From the NCBI RefSeq assembly GCF_009834535.1, contig NC_045696.1:13766001-13830000 (forward strand): DNA of 64,000 nt, read 5' to 3'. The notes below the pieces were generated by a model, which saw only the letters and a list, made by a program, of their open reading frames with translations, was not told where the DNA came from and did no database searches. The position numbers were made by a program, and so were the translations under genes. Below are positions 38,156 through 52,199 of the stretch, in pieces (within the stretch, counting starts at the first letter, position 1; every line of letters begins with the position of its first letter). This stretch comes from Camelus ferus. Taxonomy: Eukaryota.

Positions 38156-40485
38156 GATGGAGACTTCCATGGGTGATCCAGATAGTGACACGAAAGCTGG
38201 ACAATGATGTTGCAACTACGTAATAGGCCATTTTGTTATATGAATTTAGATGTAAAAATTTTAAACCAAATGTTAACAAATTAAATCTTGCAGTGTTTTA
38301 AAAGGATAACATATTACAGACAAAATGTGTTTATTCTATAAGGACAAATATTGTTTAACATAAAAAAAAAAATCTCTTAAATTCTCCATAGGCAGAGAAA
38401 AGGACACAGCCTAGGAGAGTCTCAACAGATAGAGTAAAAGCATGTTGTAAAACTCAGTCTTCATTTAGGAACAAACAAACATTGCAAGCTGTGAATAAAA
38501 GGGGATTTTCTTAATCTGATAGAGGGTATCTACAAAAAATACCTACAGCAAACCTTTTGTTTAATGGTGATTTATAGAAATTCTTTTTTCCCTCAAGTCT
38601 GAGAATGGATCAAGGAGGTTAGAGTCAGCTCTGCAATTTAATTGTGTACTTGAGTTCCTATCCATAGTAATAATTCAAGGAGGAAGAGAAAGCATGAAAA
38701 CTGAGCAGAAATAAATAACACAAACTTTTCAGAATGATTGGACTGTATGTGTAGCTAATCCAGAAATCCTACAGATAAACGATTGCAATACCTGAACTCA
38801 GCAAGGTCACTAAATACAATGCATACAGAATCAATGCATTTTTTTATACTAGAAATAGAGTTTCAAGAAATGAAATACAAAAATAGACCTTATCAGTGCT
38901 TTTTAAAGAGTTATATAGTAAGTGTTTGGCGTAGAGTGGGCATTGGTGTAAAAGTAGATAAACTGACCAATGGAAAACTAGAGAATCTAGAAATAGACCC
39001 ACATGTGTGGACATTTATGACAAAGATTTCACTATGGAGAAGTGGAGAAAAAAATAGTCTTTCAGTAAATTGTTAATACAATTGGATATTCATAAGGAGG
39101 AAAATTGGAACTTGACTCCCTAGCAGCGCACTGTGCACAAAGATAAATCACAGTTATGCTTTACATTTAAGTGCAGAAGTTAAACTATTAAAACTTCGAG
39201 AATACAAAGACAGAATACATTCACGACTTTAGAGGTAAGCAACAATTCTGAAGTAGATGACAGTAAGCACTAACATAATGTAAGAAAAAGAAAAAGAAAA
39301 AGTGGATCGTATTATAAATAAGAACTCCAAAGCTACTAGTAAGTTATTGAAAATGCAAGCCTCAGAGCATGGGAGAAGGAATCTGCAATATGTTCAAAAG
39401 CATATATGAATTATACACATGATACAGTGGGAGATAACAGTAAAAAATGAGCAAATCTTGGACAAACCCTTTACAAAAAGGAATTACAAAATCGCCAATA
39501 TGCATAAGAAAAAACTACTCAACCTCATGAGTGTGCACAGAAATACAAAGTAAAAACCACACAGATAAACCACTTCATGCACACACAGAAGGATGGCTAA
39601 GATTAAAAGGAGAAATGCAAGTTCTGCTGAGCATGTAGCATGGACATTTATGTATAAATTAACACTCTGGAAAACATATTGCAGTCCCTACTAAGGAAGC
39701 CCAACATCTCAGGAATTCTGTTCCTAATTGTATATCACACAGAGATGTGGACCTAAAGGGATGTGCAATAATGTTCTTCTTTTTTTTTAAAGTGATTATC
39801 TTGGGAGCTGTCTATTTTTTTAATTGAAGTACAGTCTGTTACACTGTGTCAATTTCTGGTGTACAGCACAATGTCCCAGTCATGCACATACATATATTCA
39901 TTTTCATATTCTTTTCCATTAAAGGCTATTATAAGATATTGAACATAGTTCCCTGTGCTATACAGAAAAAAACCTTTTTTAGTATCTATTTTCATATTAG
40001 TGGCCAACATTTGTAGATCTCAAAACTCCCAGATTTATCCCTTGTTCTTAACAACACTCTTTGCTGTAGTCAAAAAAAATTAAAACAAAACCTAAATGCT
40101 CATCATACTAGAAAAATAAATTAAGTCATTGTACAATCCACAGTATACTATTTAGCAATGAAAAGAATCAAACTGTATTCATGAATCTTACCAACATAAT
40201 TCTAAGCAAAAAATATTTAGACATCAAAGAGTACATACTTTTTATAAAGCTCAAAAATAGGCAAAGCTAATTCATGGAAAAAGTCAGGACTGGAGTTGCC
40301 TTTGAGAAGGAGAAGCAGTTGAGGAATTTCTGGGATGCTGACAACGTCCTGTTTGCTGATACAGGTGCTGGTTACACAACTGTGTTCCCTTTTAGAAGAT
40401 TCAGCAATCTTCAGTGTTAAGATTTTTTTCACTTTTTTCTTTTTATACAGTGCTTAAGTAAAGACATTTACTGAAAAAAAAAATT
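37480..40485 (+). mobile_element. Old fragmented L1M (L1ME-like) with ORF2 remnants and 3'UTR
   Basis: Degenerate ORF2 motifs ('aatctgatagagggtatctacaaaaaatacctacagcaaac', 'gaatctagaaatagacccacatgtgtggaca') and an L1ME-type 3'UTR ('aaagctcaaaaataggcaaagctaat...gtgctggttacaca'). The left boundary is uncertain. Confidence 0.75.
39780..40042 (-). mobile_element. Younger L1 3' fragment nested antisense in the old L1M
   Basis: Same 3'UTR type as 34990-35235, flanked by tgttctt on both sides (possible TSD). Confidence 0.8.
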
Positions 40486-41979
40486 AAATCCACACTGTGG
40501 TGAGTGCTATAATGCCTTCCACAAAGAGGGCAGTCAATACACTCTTGTCAAATGACAGCCTGCACAAGGAACATGAACATCCTGGGTAACGTCAGGTAAA
40601 CTCTGCACTCAGGCATGCCGCTAATGCCTTAGATAGGACTGTGGCGATAAACAGGTATTTTCCAGGCTCAAAGAGAAAAGGAGAGTAAATAAAAAGAACA
40701 GCATACACTGAGAACTTTTCCAAGGCTGAAAACTGAAAATGTAGCAACTTTCTGCAAAGGCTGAATTAATTGCTCAAGTTTTGTGACTTGAAGCCCTTTA
40801 TTCCATTTGGCCAGACTATGAAAGAGAAATGCAGTGGAAGAGTATCTGCTCTTCATGGGGCTGATTACCCATTTCCTCCCTCCTGCTGCCTCCCCATTAG
40901 GCATGTGGCTACTCATTAGCCCCAGAGAGAGGGCAGGGAAAGGAAAGGGGGAAAAGTCAAACTAGTTAATTAGGACAGCCCTGGCCAGAGGTTTAGTAGA
41001 AGAAAGAGGTTGAACTAATGGCGAAAATGAGTCTGTTAGAGGTAATGAAACTCTTAGTTTTGGCTTCCTCATGACTATATGGAGAAATGAGAATTCACTT
41101 TAATTTGCTTTTTAATAGCATCCCATGTGATACAGGCTCTTTTACACTTAGTGCAATGACTAAATACTTTAATGTATAGAAGATACTTAGGAAACTAGCA
41201 CCTGTTTAAACTTTAAGCATTCATTCCCTGATCAAATACAAAATATGAAAACAAAAACTACCTTAAGAAGTCTATTTTTTAACAACAAACTCTATGCTGT
41301 TACAAAAAGGCAATGGAAAAATGACATGGGCTTTTTGCTATGTACGTAGCAAATGACGTCACAAGTTTTTTTTAAACTAAATGTTCCTAATTTTTATTTT
41401 CAAATTATGGGAAGATAACAGTTTTAAAAATAACAATATCATCACTCATTAGAATTGTTCACTGGATCATTCAACTTTAAGCAATGCCTTCTAGAATAGA
41501 GAAGATTTCATTAGATTGGAATATGGTTCAAAGCTATCTGAGAAATATATTTACTGTATTTGAAAGCAAATTCATTGGCGAGTGACTTACTTGGCACTGA
41601 AAAGGTATATTTTAATATATCTTCATATAGCACAGGCAACTGTATTCAGTATCCTGTAATAAACCATTATGGAAAAGAAAAAATAAATATGAGCAATATT
41701 TTATTCCAAAAAATAAAAGAAGGAAACAACCTATGCAACCATCACCAAAAAAGATGGAAGCAGCCTAAATGTGATCATTTCCTGCCTCATACAGAGCACT
41801 GTACACATCAAAATTTATGACATGTGTGCCAATGATGGAAAAATTAATCTTGGTTCAATTTGCTAATAGAAACTTTCAGGAAACGGTGGTTAAATAAATG
41901 AAAAAAGAATCAGTCACTAAAAATAAAATTGGTTTTTAAAAAGTACAAATCAATTTCCTACTCTCATCCTTATCCAGAG

Positions 41980-42410
41980 TGAGAAGGAAAACAAACAACC
42001 ACTGTCATCCGGGAAATGGTTTGACACTCACAGCCATGTTGGTGTCCTGTTGGTCAGACACAATCTCACAAGACATCAGTATCAGACAAGGTCATTCTGC
42101 AATCAAGGTCATTGTGCATCCCACGGAACACAACCATCTCCCTCTCTTGGCCAACAGGAGACACATGCTGCTTTATAGCTTTCGTCTACTTTCCATGTAG
42201 ATAAGACTTACTGTGATAGCCAATCATAGGACTGCTGATCTCTGACAGCCCCCAAACTAGAGTGAGCCTGCTTCCTTACACCTTCCCCCAAGTTCCCAAA
42301 TCCAATATGAGGTTCTTTCTAACATCCGTGGTGTGCATTCTCCCTCATCACAACAGGTAATAAACCCAGCTTGTTAAATGAAAAAAATACACAGGTGTAT
42401 CTTCAGAAAA
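41980..42410 (+). mobile_element. ERV1-class LTR remnant
   Basis: 'catcagtatcagacaaggtca', CCAAT ('agccaatca') and 'gtggtgtgcattctccctc...aataaacc' in LTR order. Subfamily uncertain. Confidence 0.55.
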
Positions 42411-43280
42411 CAACCATATGACAAGATAGTGGACTTCCCATTTCAACTTGGTCTGCTAACTTATCTTCAGTGAATAGACTTTTCACTGACTATTTGGAGC
42501 CTCTGGCACATTGGAACTCACTTATGAATAAGCAAAACATAGAGAAATAGTTAAACAGCAACGGTCCAAAGAGGCACAAATGGGAAACATTCACAACAGA
42601 AAAGTGGCAGAGGAGGAATGAGAGGGCTTATGAGCGAGCTAAGAAAATGTAACCACAGAGGAAATAGTGCTGCTAAATAAAAGTCATCCGTTTCTGGAAT
42701 CTAACGGTATCTGTTAGAAGCCTATAGGAAAAATTCATATTGTGGTCGACACATTTGCAAAGCATACATAACTTAATAGATACTATTACAAAAACAGATA
42801 GTATCTTAATGAACCTATGAAGTAGTAAATTGTCATAGCAATATGATGTTTATAAATGGTTGATGGAGACTCTGTATTTTGAAGTCAGAGGTTTAAGCAA
42901 ATAAGACTTAGACCTGATTCTGAAATATCAGTCAATCTCTGAACCTAGGAAGTTACTGGTTTGCTTTGGTTTGGTATCAGCAACTTTCCAAGTGTTCTGC
43001 ACAGCTTATCAATGAATGGCCATTTAAAAAGTGAAGTAATGAGATGCTTAATTATTTCTTTCAAACTGAATTTACAGGTATGGGTTGCATGGTTAATGAA
43101 CACTGTTATGATCTAATTACAATTTCTAGTTATGGAGTTATTTGATCTAACAGACCAAACATTATGTGGATTTCTACCTTAGTAGTAAGAACAGGGTGGA
43201 AATTGAACAAACACATTATACCTCATCTGATAGGAAGAGTATAGTATTAGTGGACCTGCTCTCAAGTAATCCACCCTAGC

Positions 43281-43728
43281 TGCATTTGTTCAAGGTTCTC
43301 CAGAAAAGCAGAGCTAATAGCAGATAGTATAGATATATCTAAATGTAGAAACATAGGGAGATATTTCTTCTAAGGAATTGGTGGTTTATGTAACTGTAGG
43401 GACTGGCAAGTCCAAAATCTGCAGAACAGGCTGGCAAGCTGGAGACTCAGGGAAGTTCAAGTCTTAAACTTGCAGCTCAAGTCTTAAAACAGTCTGGATG
43501 AAGAATTTCCTTTTCCTCAAGGGACCTCAGTCCGTCTTCTCTTCAGGCCTTCAACTGATTGGATGAGGCCCACCCACATTAAGAAGAGTAATCTGCTTAC
43601 TCAGTCTACTGATCTAAATCTTAATCTCATCTAAAAAAGTATGTTCACAGAGACATTTAGACCGGTGTTTGACTAAATAACTGGGTACCATGGCCTAGCC
43701 AAGCTGACACATAAAACTAACCATCACA
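43281..43728 (-). mobile_element. ERVL LTR (MLT2-like)
   Basis: Starts 'tgcatttgttcaaggttctccaga', contains 'ccttcaactgattggatgaggcccacccacatt' and ends 'gccaagctgacacataaaactaaccatcaca', all diagnostic of MLT2. Confidence 0.88.
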
Positions 43729-44884
43729 GTGGCATTTACACCTCTCAGTAAAAGGAATCTGATTTGGTCAGATATTACTTTCTAATATGGAGCACTGCAC
43801 TGGGAAAAGTTTTTCACCAAAGTGCTAGAGGCTGTTGGCATCTTTCACACTCAGTACGTATTATTTACCTCTGATTCTTGCACTGATCCCTGATAACTTT
43901 GATTGTGAGCAAAGAATCAGGTGTAATTTTACTAGATTCTCATGAATTGTGAGAAATTATGCAGAGAGAATTGCTGAAGGCTGCTTTCCTTAGAAATGCT
44001 CTGAGTAAGGCAGGCATCTAGAGTTTTAGCAATTTCTATTATATGTCCAAAATGTGTGTGTCCATTTACAAGCTATTGGTAATACATATGCTCTAAATAG
44101 AAACGTGGGGTGTGATCACTCCGTTTGAAATGTCCTTATTTCTCTACCAGGAATATAATGATATTCCATATTTTTTTCATTTTTATTTGTTTGAAAACCA
44201 GTGAGAAAAAAATTTCCCCACCCATTTGTATCCTTTTCTCCTTGAGTAAATTGTATATTCATGTTATTTTTTGATTCACCTGTTAAAATCTCACAGTTTT
44301 CCTTATTCATTTGATTAAGCTTTTCATGTAGTAAATTTGTTAAACCTCTATACCTTTATCATAGCAAATATAAACATTTGGCATTTACATTTTTTCCTTT
44401 TATATTTATTTTAATCACACAATCATACAATTGCCTGTTTTCAAATCCATCATTTTTTTGAGCGATTTCTTCTGTTCTTTCAAAACTTATTCCTTTACAC
44501 ATCTGATACAAGTCTCTTCTATTTTTGATTACTGTAAGTATACTTCAAAAAATAATTACATTTTAAGATCATCTACAGTCTATTTTAGAGAATGATATCT
44601 AGTATGGATCTAACTTTTTTCCCTCCTACTACCTTTAAGGCAATTCACTAAATACTTTTTTTAATTCCTATATTTTTATAAAATTTATGTAATGTATTAA
44701 ACAAAAACTTGCATGTATATGCATGTACAAATACATGTCTATGTGTGTGTATGTGTATCAACATACATATGTGTATATATAGATAGATATCTGTTATAAT
44801 CTACCTCTATCTATTTATTCATATGGAGAAAAAAGAGATGAAAAGGTATTTCTCGTTGTCTACTCAATGGTAATTTTTGAGGTG

Positions 44885-45385
44885 TATGTCAAGGTTGGAA
44901 GCCTGCCAACTTCTAAACGTACATAATTCCTACTTTGTCCTGAGAAACAATATGCTGAGTTATAAATAGCCTTCTCCCCACACTTCCTTGTGGTACGAAT
45001 AGAGATGTTATCAAGTTGTGGCCGATGAGATGCGAATAGGAGTCAAGGGATAGGGAACCTGCCCTGCACTTTAAAGTGGGCTGTACTTAGCTGGCAACTC
45101 TCTTTAGCTGTTTCCCCTCCTCCTTCTCCCCTGCAGCCCGTCTAGAATACAGATCTGGTCCCTGGAGGCAGAATCATTTCTCCTACAGGAATAGGAAAGC
45201 CACACACTGAAGTGGGTGAACAGAAAGCGGGGAGTACCTGTGCTTTTAACGACATCATGAAGCAGCTGCACCCGCTCTGGCTTGCCCACTTCGCCTCCAT
45301 CCTAGAGACGCGAGATAATAGCTGTTCATTAAACCTGAAGCCGTGTTCTGTTATCCGGAGCTGAAGGCAGGCTTCGTAAGTGCGT
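44885..45385 (+). mobile_element. MaLR LTR remnant (MLT1I/J-like)
   Basis: 'tggccgatgagatgcgaataggagtc' and 'gacatcatgaagcagctgcacc' resemble old MLT1 LTRs. Confidence 0.55.
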
Positions 45386-45689
45386 TTAGTTCTACTTGGG
45401 ATTTGCAGGATTTTCTCTTCACTGAAAATGGCAAATTGGTCAAGCTTCTTGCTTCTAAAACTGGACCCCTTTTGCTTTTAAAAATACCATAAAATAATGT
45501 AATGTCCTGTACAGATGCTTTAAAGATAAAGGGGATTTAAATAAAATCAGGCATAATTTAATGCCTGCTATATAGAAAATGTACTGATCCAAACAACGGG
45601 GCTGCAGTATGATGAAGCCATGACTGTGACACAGAGAACTCATGTGCTGCTGGGTAAGAAAGGTGTGTAGGAGTAATAACGGTACCCTC

Positions 45690-46100
45690 TGAGCAGCTTA
45701 GCAGATGTAATGTTCCCAAAGCTCACGCCAAGCTCTTCTCAAAATCTGTTTTTCTTTGTTGCTTATTTCATTACAGGGCAGCACCATAAACTCATCCAAA
45801 ACTCGTATTTCAGAGTTTTCCTTCTTCCTTACCTTCACAATCAATCCAATTTCTAGACTGCTCTGATCTGTGCACCATGTCTGTCACTGTCTAGGATACC
45901 GGTGTTTGTTGGCAGCAAACTCTAAGGTTAATTGCTCCACCCTATTAGCTGGTTTACCTACCAGCAGTCTTTTTGTACTGATTTTTTATTTTTGTGCTTG
46001 CTACCAAAGCCATCTTTCTAAAAGTTTGTTTAAATTATATCACTTTTCTGCTTAAAAATATTCTTCAGTTTCACATCATCTACTGGATGGAAACTAACTC
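45690..46100 (+). mobile_element. L2 fragment, interrupted by the L1 at 46103
   Basis: 'atctttctaaaag...atatcacttttctgcttaaaaa' is typical of the L2 3' region and resumes after 46384. Confidence 0.55.
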
Positions 46101-46102
46101 TT

Positions 46103-46383
46103 TTTTAAAAAAATTCTTTTAAATTGAAGTATAGTTGATTTACAATATTGTGTTAGTTTCAAGTGTATAGCAAAGTGATTCAGTTACATATATAAATATA
46201 CATATATATATATATCTATATATATAGATAGATTTCTTTCAGATTATTTTCCATTATAGGTTATTATAAGACATTGCATATAGTTCTCTGTGCTATACAG
46301 TAGGTTCTTGTTCTTTATCAATTTTATATATAGTAGTGTGTATATGTTAATCTCAAACTCCTAATTCATCGCTGCCTGCAAAT
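46103..46383 (-). mobile_element. L1 3'-end fragment with TSD
   Basis: 'ttgaagtatagttgatttacaatattgtgttagtttcaagtgtatagcaaagtgattcag...'. TSD ctaactctt at 46094-46102 and 46384-46392. Confidence 0.85.
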
Positions 46384-46579
46384 CTAACTCTTCCATATGG
46401 CCGATAAGAACCATCACCCAACCTGTACCCTGTACCCACAGGGTATCTGTACCCACAGTATAAGTTCCAGCTGCCAAAGACAAATGGGAGTTTTCTAAGT
46501 GTCTTGTTCTTTATGGCCCCCTCTGTGTACCATGGGAAGCCTTCTATTCTCTTCTCTGTCTGAATCATATTCCCAACTC

Positions 46580-47044
46580 TGTTACCAAAGGCAAATTTGT
46601 GTGTCCACTGCACCATGAGGCCAAACAAACTGAAACATCAGAGTTTGGAGCAGAGAAAGGTTTGTTGCAGGGCCAAGCAAGGAGGACGGGGTGGCTCATG
46701 CCCAAGAAAACCTCAACTCCTTAAGGGTTTCAGCAAAGCACATTTAAAGGGCAGGTAAGGGAGGGGGGTCACAAGGTGCGTGACCAGCTCACGCATAATT
46801 CTCTGATTGATTGCTGTTGAGGTAACGGTGCTATCAACACCTAGGGGCCAGAAGATCTGGGGCCACATGCTCTTGATCATCAAGTAGTTCATTTCTTCCC
46901 TTTGGCAGTGGTTCTAAGCATCTGAAAAACTCAGGAAATATACATGAGATACTATTATCTGGGTCCTTCAGAGAGGAGCTGCAGTAAAGGGTATAGGGGA
47001 GGGGTCTGACCTTGGAAGGCCTCACGGGGTCCTGCTCGGTTGCA
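46580..47044 (-). mobile_element. ERV1-class solo LTR
   Basis: TGTTACC...GGTTGCA termini, near-TSD actc/actg, and internal 'gagtttggagcagagaaaggtttgttgcagggcc' typical of laurasiatherian ERV1 LTRs. Confidence 0.8.
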
Positions 47045-48650
47045 ACTGCTCAAAGGCAACCTGTTTTGTGAAAGCTTCCCTTATATTCCCGGGTGATGCT
47101 GCTCTGCCTTCTCTTGGCTCACAGAGTTTCATTCCTTTTTCCCTCTCTCTCTCCCTCTCTGGCCACTCCTTTCCCCTCCTGTTTCTTTCTTCTTCCTTCT
47201 CTTTCTCCCTCCCCTCTTCCATTCTTCCTTCCTTGCTTTATTCCTTCCTTTCTCTCCTCTTTCATTTCTTTATTTATATTTAATCAATATACATAATATT
47301 TATTAATAGATTTGTACTTCCAGAGCGTCTTTGAATTCCCTGCAGCAGGAGACACTGTGTTTCAAGGGTGCTTTTCTACTGTGGAGGGTAGGATCGAATT
47401 TCATAACGTAAGGAATTACTGTTAAAAGCCTCTTAAATCCCTCGTAAAATACTATTATTACTATTAAGAATAACAGTAACATATCTATAACATTATCCAT
47501 GTGACAAGCTTTATGTGTAAGTAACTGTTCAACATGCATTGGTCTGTGTGTCTACAAGTTGATGGTGATATATATTTATAAATATGGCATGCATATGGTA
47601 ATACACATTATATAGTAGAACATTAGGAAATGTACAGTTTTTCCATTTTTATAATTATTTTGCTGAATTCTGAGTGTGGAATTTGTGTACATTAAATACA
47701 TACATGTGGTAATTCAATTATATTCTGTTTCTTTTTTTGTCCGAAATGTGATTAAAATGTATTCTTTAATCTTTCTGAAAGTGAGTTTGGTGCATGAAAT
47801 TAGTGATAAACCTAATGAAGCTATTCAGGCCTCGCCAGCATTTCCCCAGGAGGGCCCCACCTCCAATGACTCCAAAACAGGGCTTACGTCTCTACATACT
47901 GAACATCTGAAGACGGTGCCCTTTCTAACCTAGGAAGTCACAATGGGGCGCAAAGCCTTCTCCTTTTTGATCATCAGCTCCCTCACCCCAACTACAAAGC
48001 TTCACAGCGGCCTTGATCGAACAATAGATTTTCCCCACCCACAGTATCCCGGATCTAACTCTTGGAAACAAAAACACTTGTTTATGGGCAATTTTCAGGG
48101 CTGTCCATCTGAAACTCAGAAGGCTAATAACTGCCCCCTGGCGGTTAGATGTGTATGCCTTCAGGAAAGCAAGGGGGCGGCACCCTTCTTAGGGGAGGTG
48201 AAAAAAACCTCTCACTCCTTCCTAATGAGATCAGGGTCACGAAAACAAAGCAGGCAACTTCTCAGTAGGTCACCCTGATATCTGAACCTCTGTTTTACTC
48301 TCTTTGCTCTATTTTTCAACTTTAAATTCTGATTCAGTTATTCAGATTACATGGTCAAATCGCTCTTGGGTCAAGTCATTCTGTTGAGCCAGGTTTAGTA
48401 GCAAATGTGCTTGGGGAAGGGACAACCCTAAAGGCATGTCAAACAGACTGGGCACCAAACTGTACGATCAAATCCTTTATTTCTGAATCCCAGACGCCCA
48501 AGTGATGTGGAATTAAAATGTATGGACAAAAAGTTAAGTATTTCCAACAAAGCCCAAGCTATGTTCAGGGTCCTGCCATCTAAAACTACCAGGGGCCCCC
48601 TAAAACATGTTTTAAGTGGCATCTATTGTCCCTTTTCAGGTGAAGAATTA

Positions 48651-48878
48651 TCAGGGGACAGTGTAGTGTCCATGGTCATTTGGCAGTAGCTGGAGACATT
48701 TTTATTTCCACATCTTGCAGAGGGTCAGGGGTTGCTAGAGTCACTGGTATCTAACAGGCAGAGAGCAGGAATATTGCTAAGCATCCTACAATACACAGGA
48801 AAGACACAGGAAAGTCCTTTCCCGAAGCAAATGATTGAGCCCAAAACACCATTAGTTTCCATGCTGGGAGACCCTGGT
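48651..48878. mobile_element. MER20 (hAT-Charlie)
   Basis: 'ggtcatttggcagtagctggagacattttt...gctaagcatcctacaatacacagg...gctgggagaccctg'. Confidence 0.75.
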
Positions 48879-49997
48879 ATAGAGGATCAGAGGTCCTGGA
48901 GTCATTCAGGCTTGCTTCATAACCTAAATCTGCTATTAAGTTCTCTAACGCCTGTGTCTTCACATACAAAATAGCAATAATACGATTTCTTATCTTAGGG
49001 TGGTGTGATGGCTAGACAAGGTAATCAGTACAAAGCACTTACCATGGTGTCCCTGTGTCTTTTGAGATATCTTTTTTCTGTGCTGGGCGTTATCGTTAGG
49101 TGCTCATAAACTCATCAGCGGCTAAGAGTCCTCTCCCCAGTACTGGGCTATCTTTTGTCATGGGCACCCAGTCATCTCACAAAGTCTATCATAAAAGTAA
49201 TTCTTTCAACGTCTTCTTTCTTGTTCTCAGTTCTTACAAGAAACTTCCTGTGTGCTTGAAAAAAAGTTCCTTTTCATAGTTAGAAGAAGAAATTCAGACA
49301 GAGCTCTGACCTTGGAAGTCCCTACAAGGGACTTCTAAATAAAATAGTAACTCTAGAGATACTATTTAATTTAACACAATAATTTATAGTCTCAAAAAGC
49401 AAAGAACTTTATATTTTTACTACGAACTACTAATAAGGTAATAAAAAATTGCTCTGTATTTGTATAGCTAAAGTTCTTATCCTGTTGATTTATGTAATAC
49501 AGAGACACAGACTGCCCTTAAAGCATAGTAAAGTGTCTGTGTCAGAGGGTAGTAAACTGATTATGTTTCTCTCCTCTCTCTCTCCTCTTCCCCAACCCTA
49601 TCCAATGTCAGAAGCTTATTAACTAGAACGTCTTACTAGGTACAACACTTATTTGGAACGCATTCATACAGATTTTGTGAGTTGTTCTCACTTTTGACAG
49701 GATGGCGGTAATATTCTACTTCATGTTAGTTTATAACTCATGCTGGTGGAAGTCATGAGATCAGAGAATTCTTCATTGGAATGAGTCTTGCAGATCAAAG
49801 AGCACTGAGTTAGAATGTGTCTTGTAGGCTATTGAGTTCTAAATTTAGATATAAGGAAAGTGAAGCAAAAAAAAAAAAAAAAAAAAGAGGTGAGATAAAC
49901 AGAACCCACAGCAGCAAGGTGGTGCCAAGTTGATGACTCCATCCTGGGTCTCCAGTACTGTGCTGCCCACACAGAGACAAGTATGATTGATTTACTT

Positions 49998-50180
49998 CAA
50001 AAAAAAAAAAAAAAAAAAAAAAAAAGGAAGGAAGGAAGGAAGGGGAAGGAAGAAAGGAAGAAAGATAGAAAGAAAGAAAGGAAGAAAGATAGAAAGAAAG
50101 AAAGGAAGAAAGAAAGAAAGAAAGAAGGAAAGAAGGAAAGAAGGAAAAGAGAGAAAAGAAAATAGAGAAAGAAAGAGAAC
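49998..50180. repeat. Poly(A) plus compound (GGAA/GAAA/GATA)n polypurine tract
   Basis: About 180 bp, almost entirely A/G, with a duplicated 24-mer 'ggaagaaagatagaaagaaagaaa'. Confidence 0.92.
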
Positions 50181-50416
50181 TGTATTATGAATTATGGCTT
50201 ACTTAAAAAGAGGTCTAAGCTATGGACCTTGAACAAAGAAGTATAGAGACTGAATTATAAACACATACCATCTAGGTTGTCGATCTAAGTACCTACTTGG
50301 TCATTAAGTTGTACAAATTTAAGTTTAAAAAAGATCTTAAATGTTACATCCGCTACCCTCTGTCATCCAGAGGTTGGATGCTCTCTACTAGATAAAGAGG
50401 GAATAGTCAGCCACCT

Positions 50417-50783
50417 TTGTTTGTTTGTTTTTTGTTTTTTTGTTTTTAATTTTTTAATTGAAGCATGGTTGATTTACAATATTGTGTAAGTTTCAGGTGT
50501 ATAGCAAAGCAATTCAGTTATACATATATATGTATTCTTCTTCAGATTATTTTCCATTATAGGTTATTACAAGATACTGAATATAGTTCCTTGTGCAAGC
50601 AGGACCCTGCTGTTCATCTATTTTATTCATAGTAATGTGTATCTGTTAGTCCCAAACTCCTACTTTATTCCTTCCCCTCACTTTCCATTTTGGTGACCAT
50701 AAATTTGTTTTCAACGTCTGCGAGTCTATTTCTGTTTTGTAAATAAATTAACTTGTCTCACTTTTCTAGATTCCACATATATG
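50417..50783 (-). mobile_element. L1 3'-end fragment
   Basis: (TTTG)n tail followed by 'ttgaagcatggttgatttacaatattgtg...ggtgaccataaatttgttttc...tagattccacatata'. Confidence 0.85.
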
Positions 50784-52199
50784 CAGCTTCTATTTTTTAA
50801 TTACTCTGGGAAAGATACATTTAGTCAAATATTGAAAAGTCACCCACCCCCTACCCTTTATCTGCTGGTGGAATTCTGATTTTCAAATAACCTGTTTCCC
50901 AGATCTAGTAGGCTAATTATAGATGTCTCTTATACATACATATTTGCACAGAAACTGGTCAAAGGTGCTAGAAAAAAAGGACTATTGTACAATATATATC
51001 ATATGGGATGCATATGCCTAGCGCCTAAGCTTAAATATACTTTTATAAAAAAGTAGCAAGTTTCCATTTATTTTCCATCACTGTTGTCTTCATAAGATTT
51101 AAATGTGTCAATAATGTTTAAGTGACATTCTGTATCTATGCTGTCTTAAATCATAAATATAATTTATAAACATGTAGAGTTATGCATTAAACATTCATTA
51201 ACTTCAAGAGTATAAAAATTATTTGTTTTAGTTTTTAGAAGGTAACATTTGAAAATATAAGTCTATATTCTCTGAAATAATTGGGGAATCTTATGTATCA
51301 AAATATGAAAACAGTATGTGTGTCTGTATGTGTGTATATATATATAAAAGCATATATGAATATGTAATATGTATATTACACATCCCTTGAATGACCATTT
51401 GTACACACTGTACATGTTTGTTTTAGTCAAGGTTAATTCAGTTATAAGGGACAGAATCCCCTTGAGCTTAAAAAGAAGAATAAAACGAAGAATATATTGT
51501 AAAGATGTAGGAGGCAAAGCTGAACTTCACAGGGCCAGTGGGTCCAGAAATACCAGAAATAGTCTTTCTCTCTCTCTCTCACTTTTCCCCTTTGTGATTT
51601 CTTCTATATTTTGCTGTGTTTTCTTTATTTTTTCCATATCAACAGTTAGGGTTTTTCTTCTCTTGTTATGCGGTCCAGTCCAACTTCTATTCATCTTTCC
51701 ACCTGGAATGTTGGAATCCATTTTCTCCCTTTCTCATTCCACACCCCCAATTTAATATGCAAATTCTACTTTACTTTTAAGATCCAGTTCAGATATTATC
51801 TTCCTCAGGTACTTTCTTCTGACTGTACTGTTAAAAATAATCTTCAATTATCATGAATTTCTGGTGGATTTTATTTTCAATCTCCAATTACTGACATCAT
51901 TTTTACCTTAGATGTGTGTTTCAGGTCTCATTTAAAAATTAGGCACTGATGGTGTCTCATATGTGTTTGTAAATTGCCATATAAAAATTAAACAGTGTTT
52001 TGTTGGAATTGTACTGTATGACCTTAGTGGACTTTCCTACAACCAATGAGTAGGTGATTAAAGGGAAGGAGATTTCTGCTCAATAAGTGGGAAGCAAAAT
52101 AAAATAAAAACAAAAATGAAAAAAAAAAAAACTATCTACAAATAAAACTGCCCTCAAAGTCAGTCTCAGAAGCGGGTAGAATTCTTAAAATAAGGAGTC

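Noticed and set aside
38783..39076. 97-aa ORF with L1 ORF2-like words (LENLEIDPH)
   Set aside because: Fragment of a decayed L1M, not an intact reverse transcriptase or a host gene.
49983..50190. K/R/E-rich ORFs
   Set aside because: They are translations of a polypurine microsatellite.
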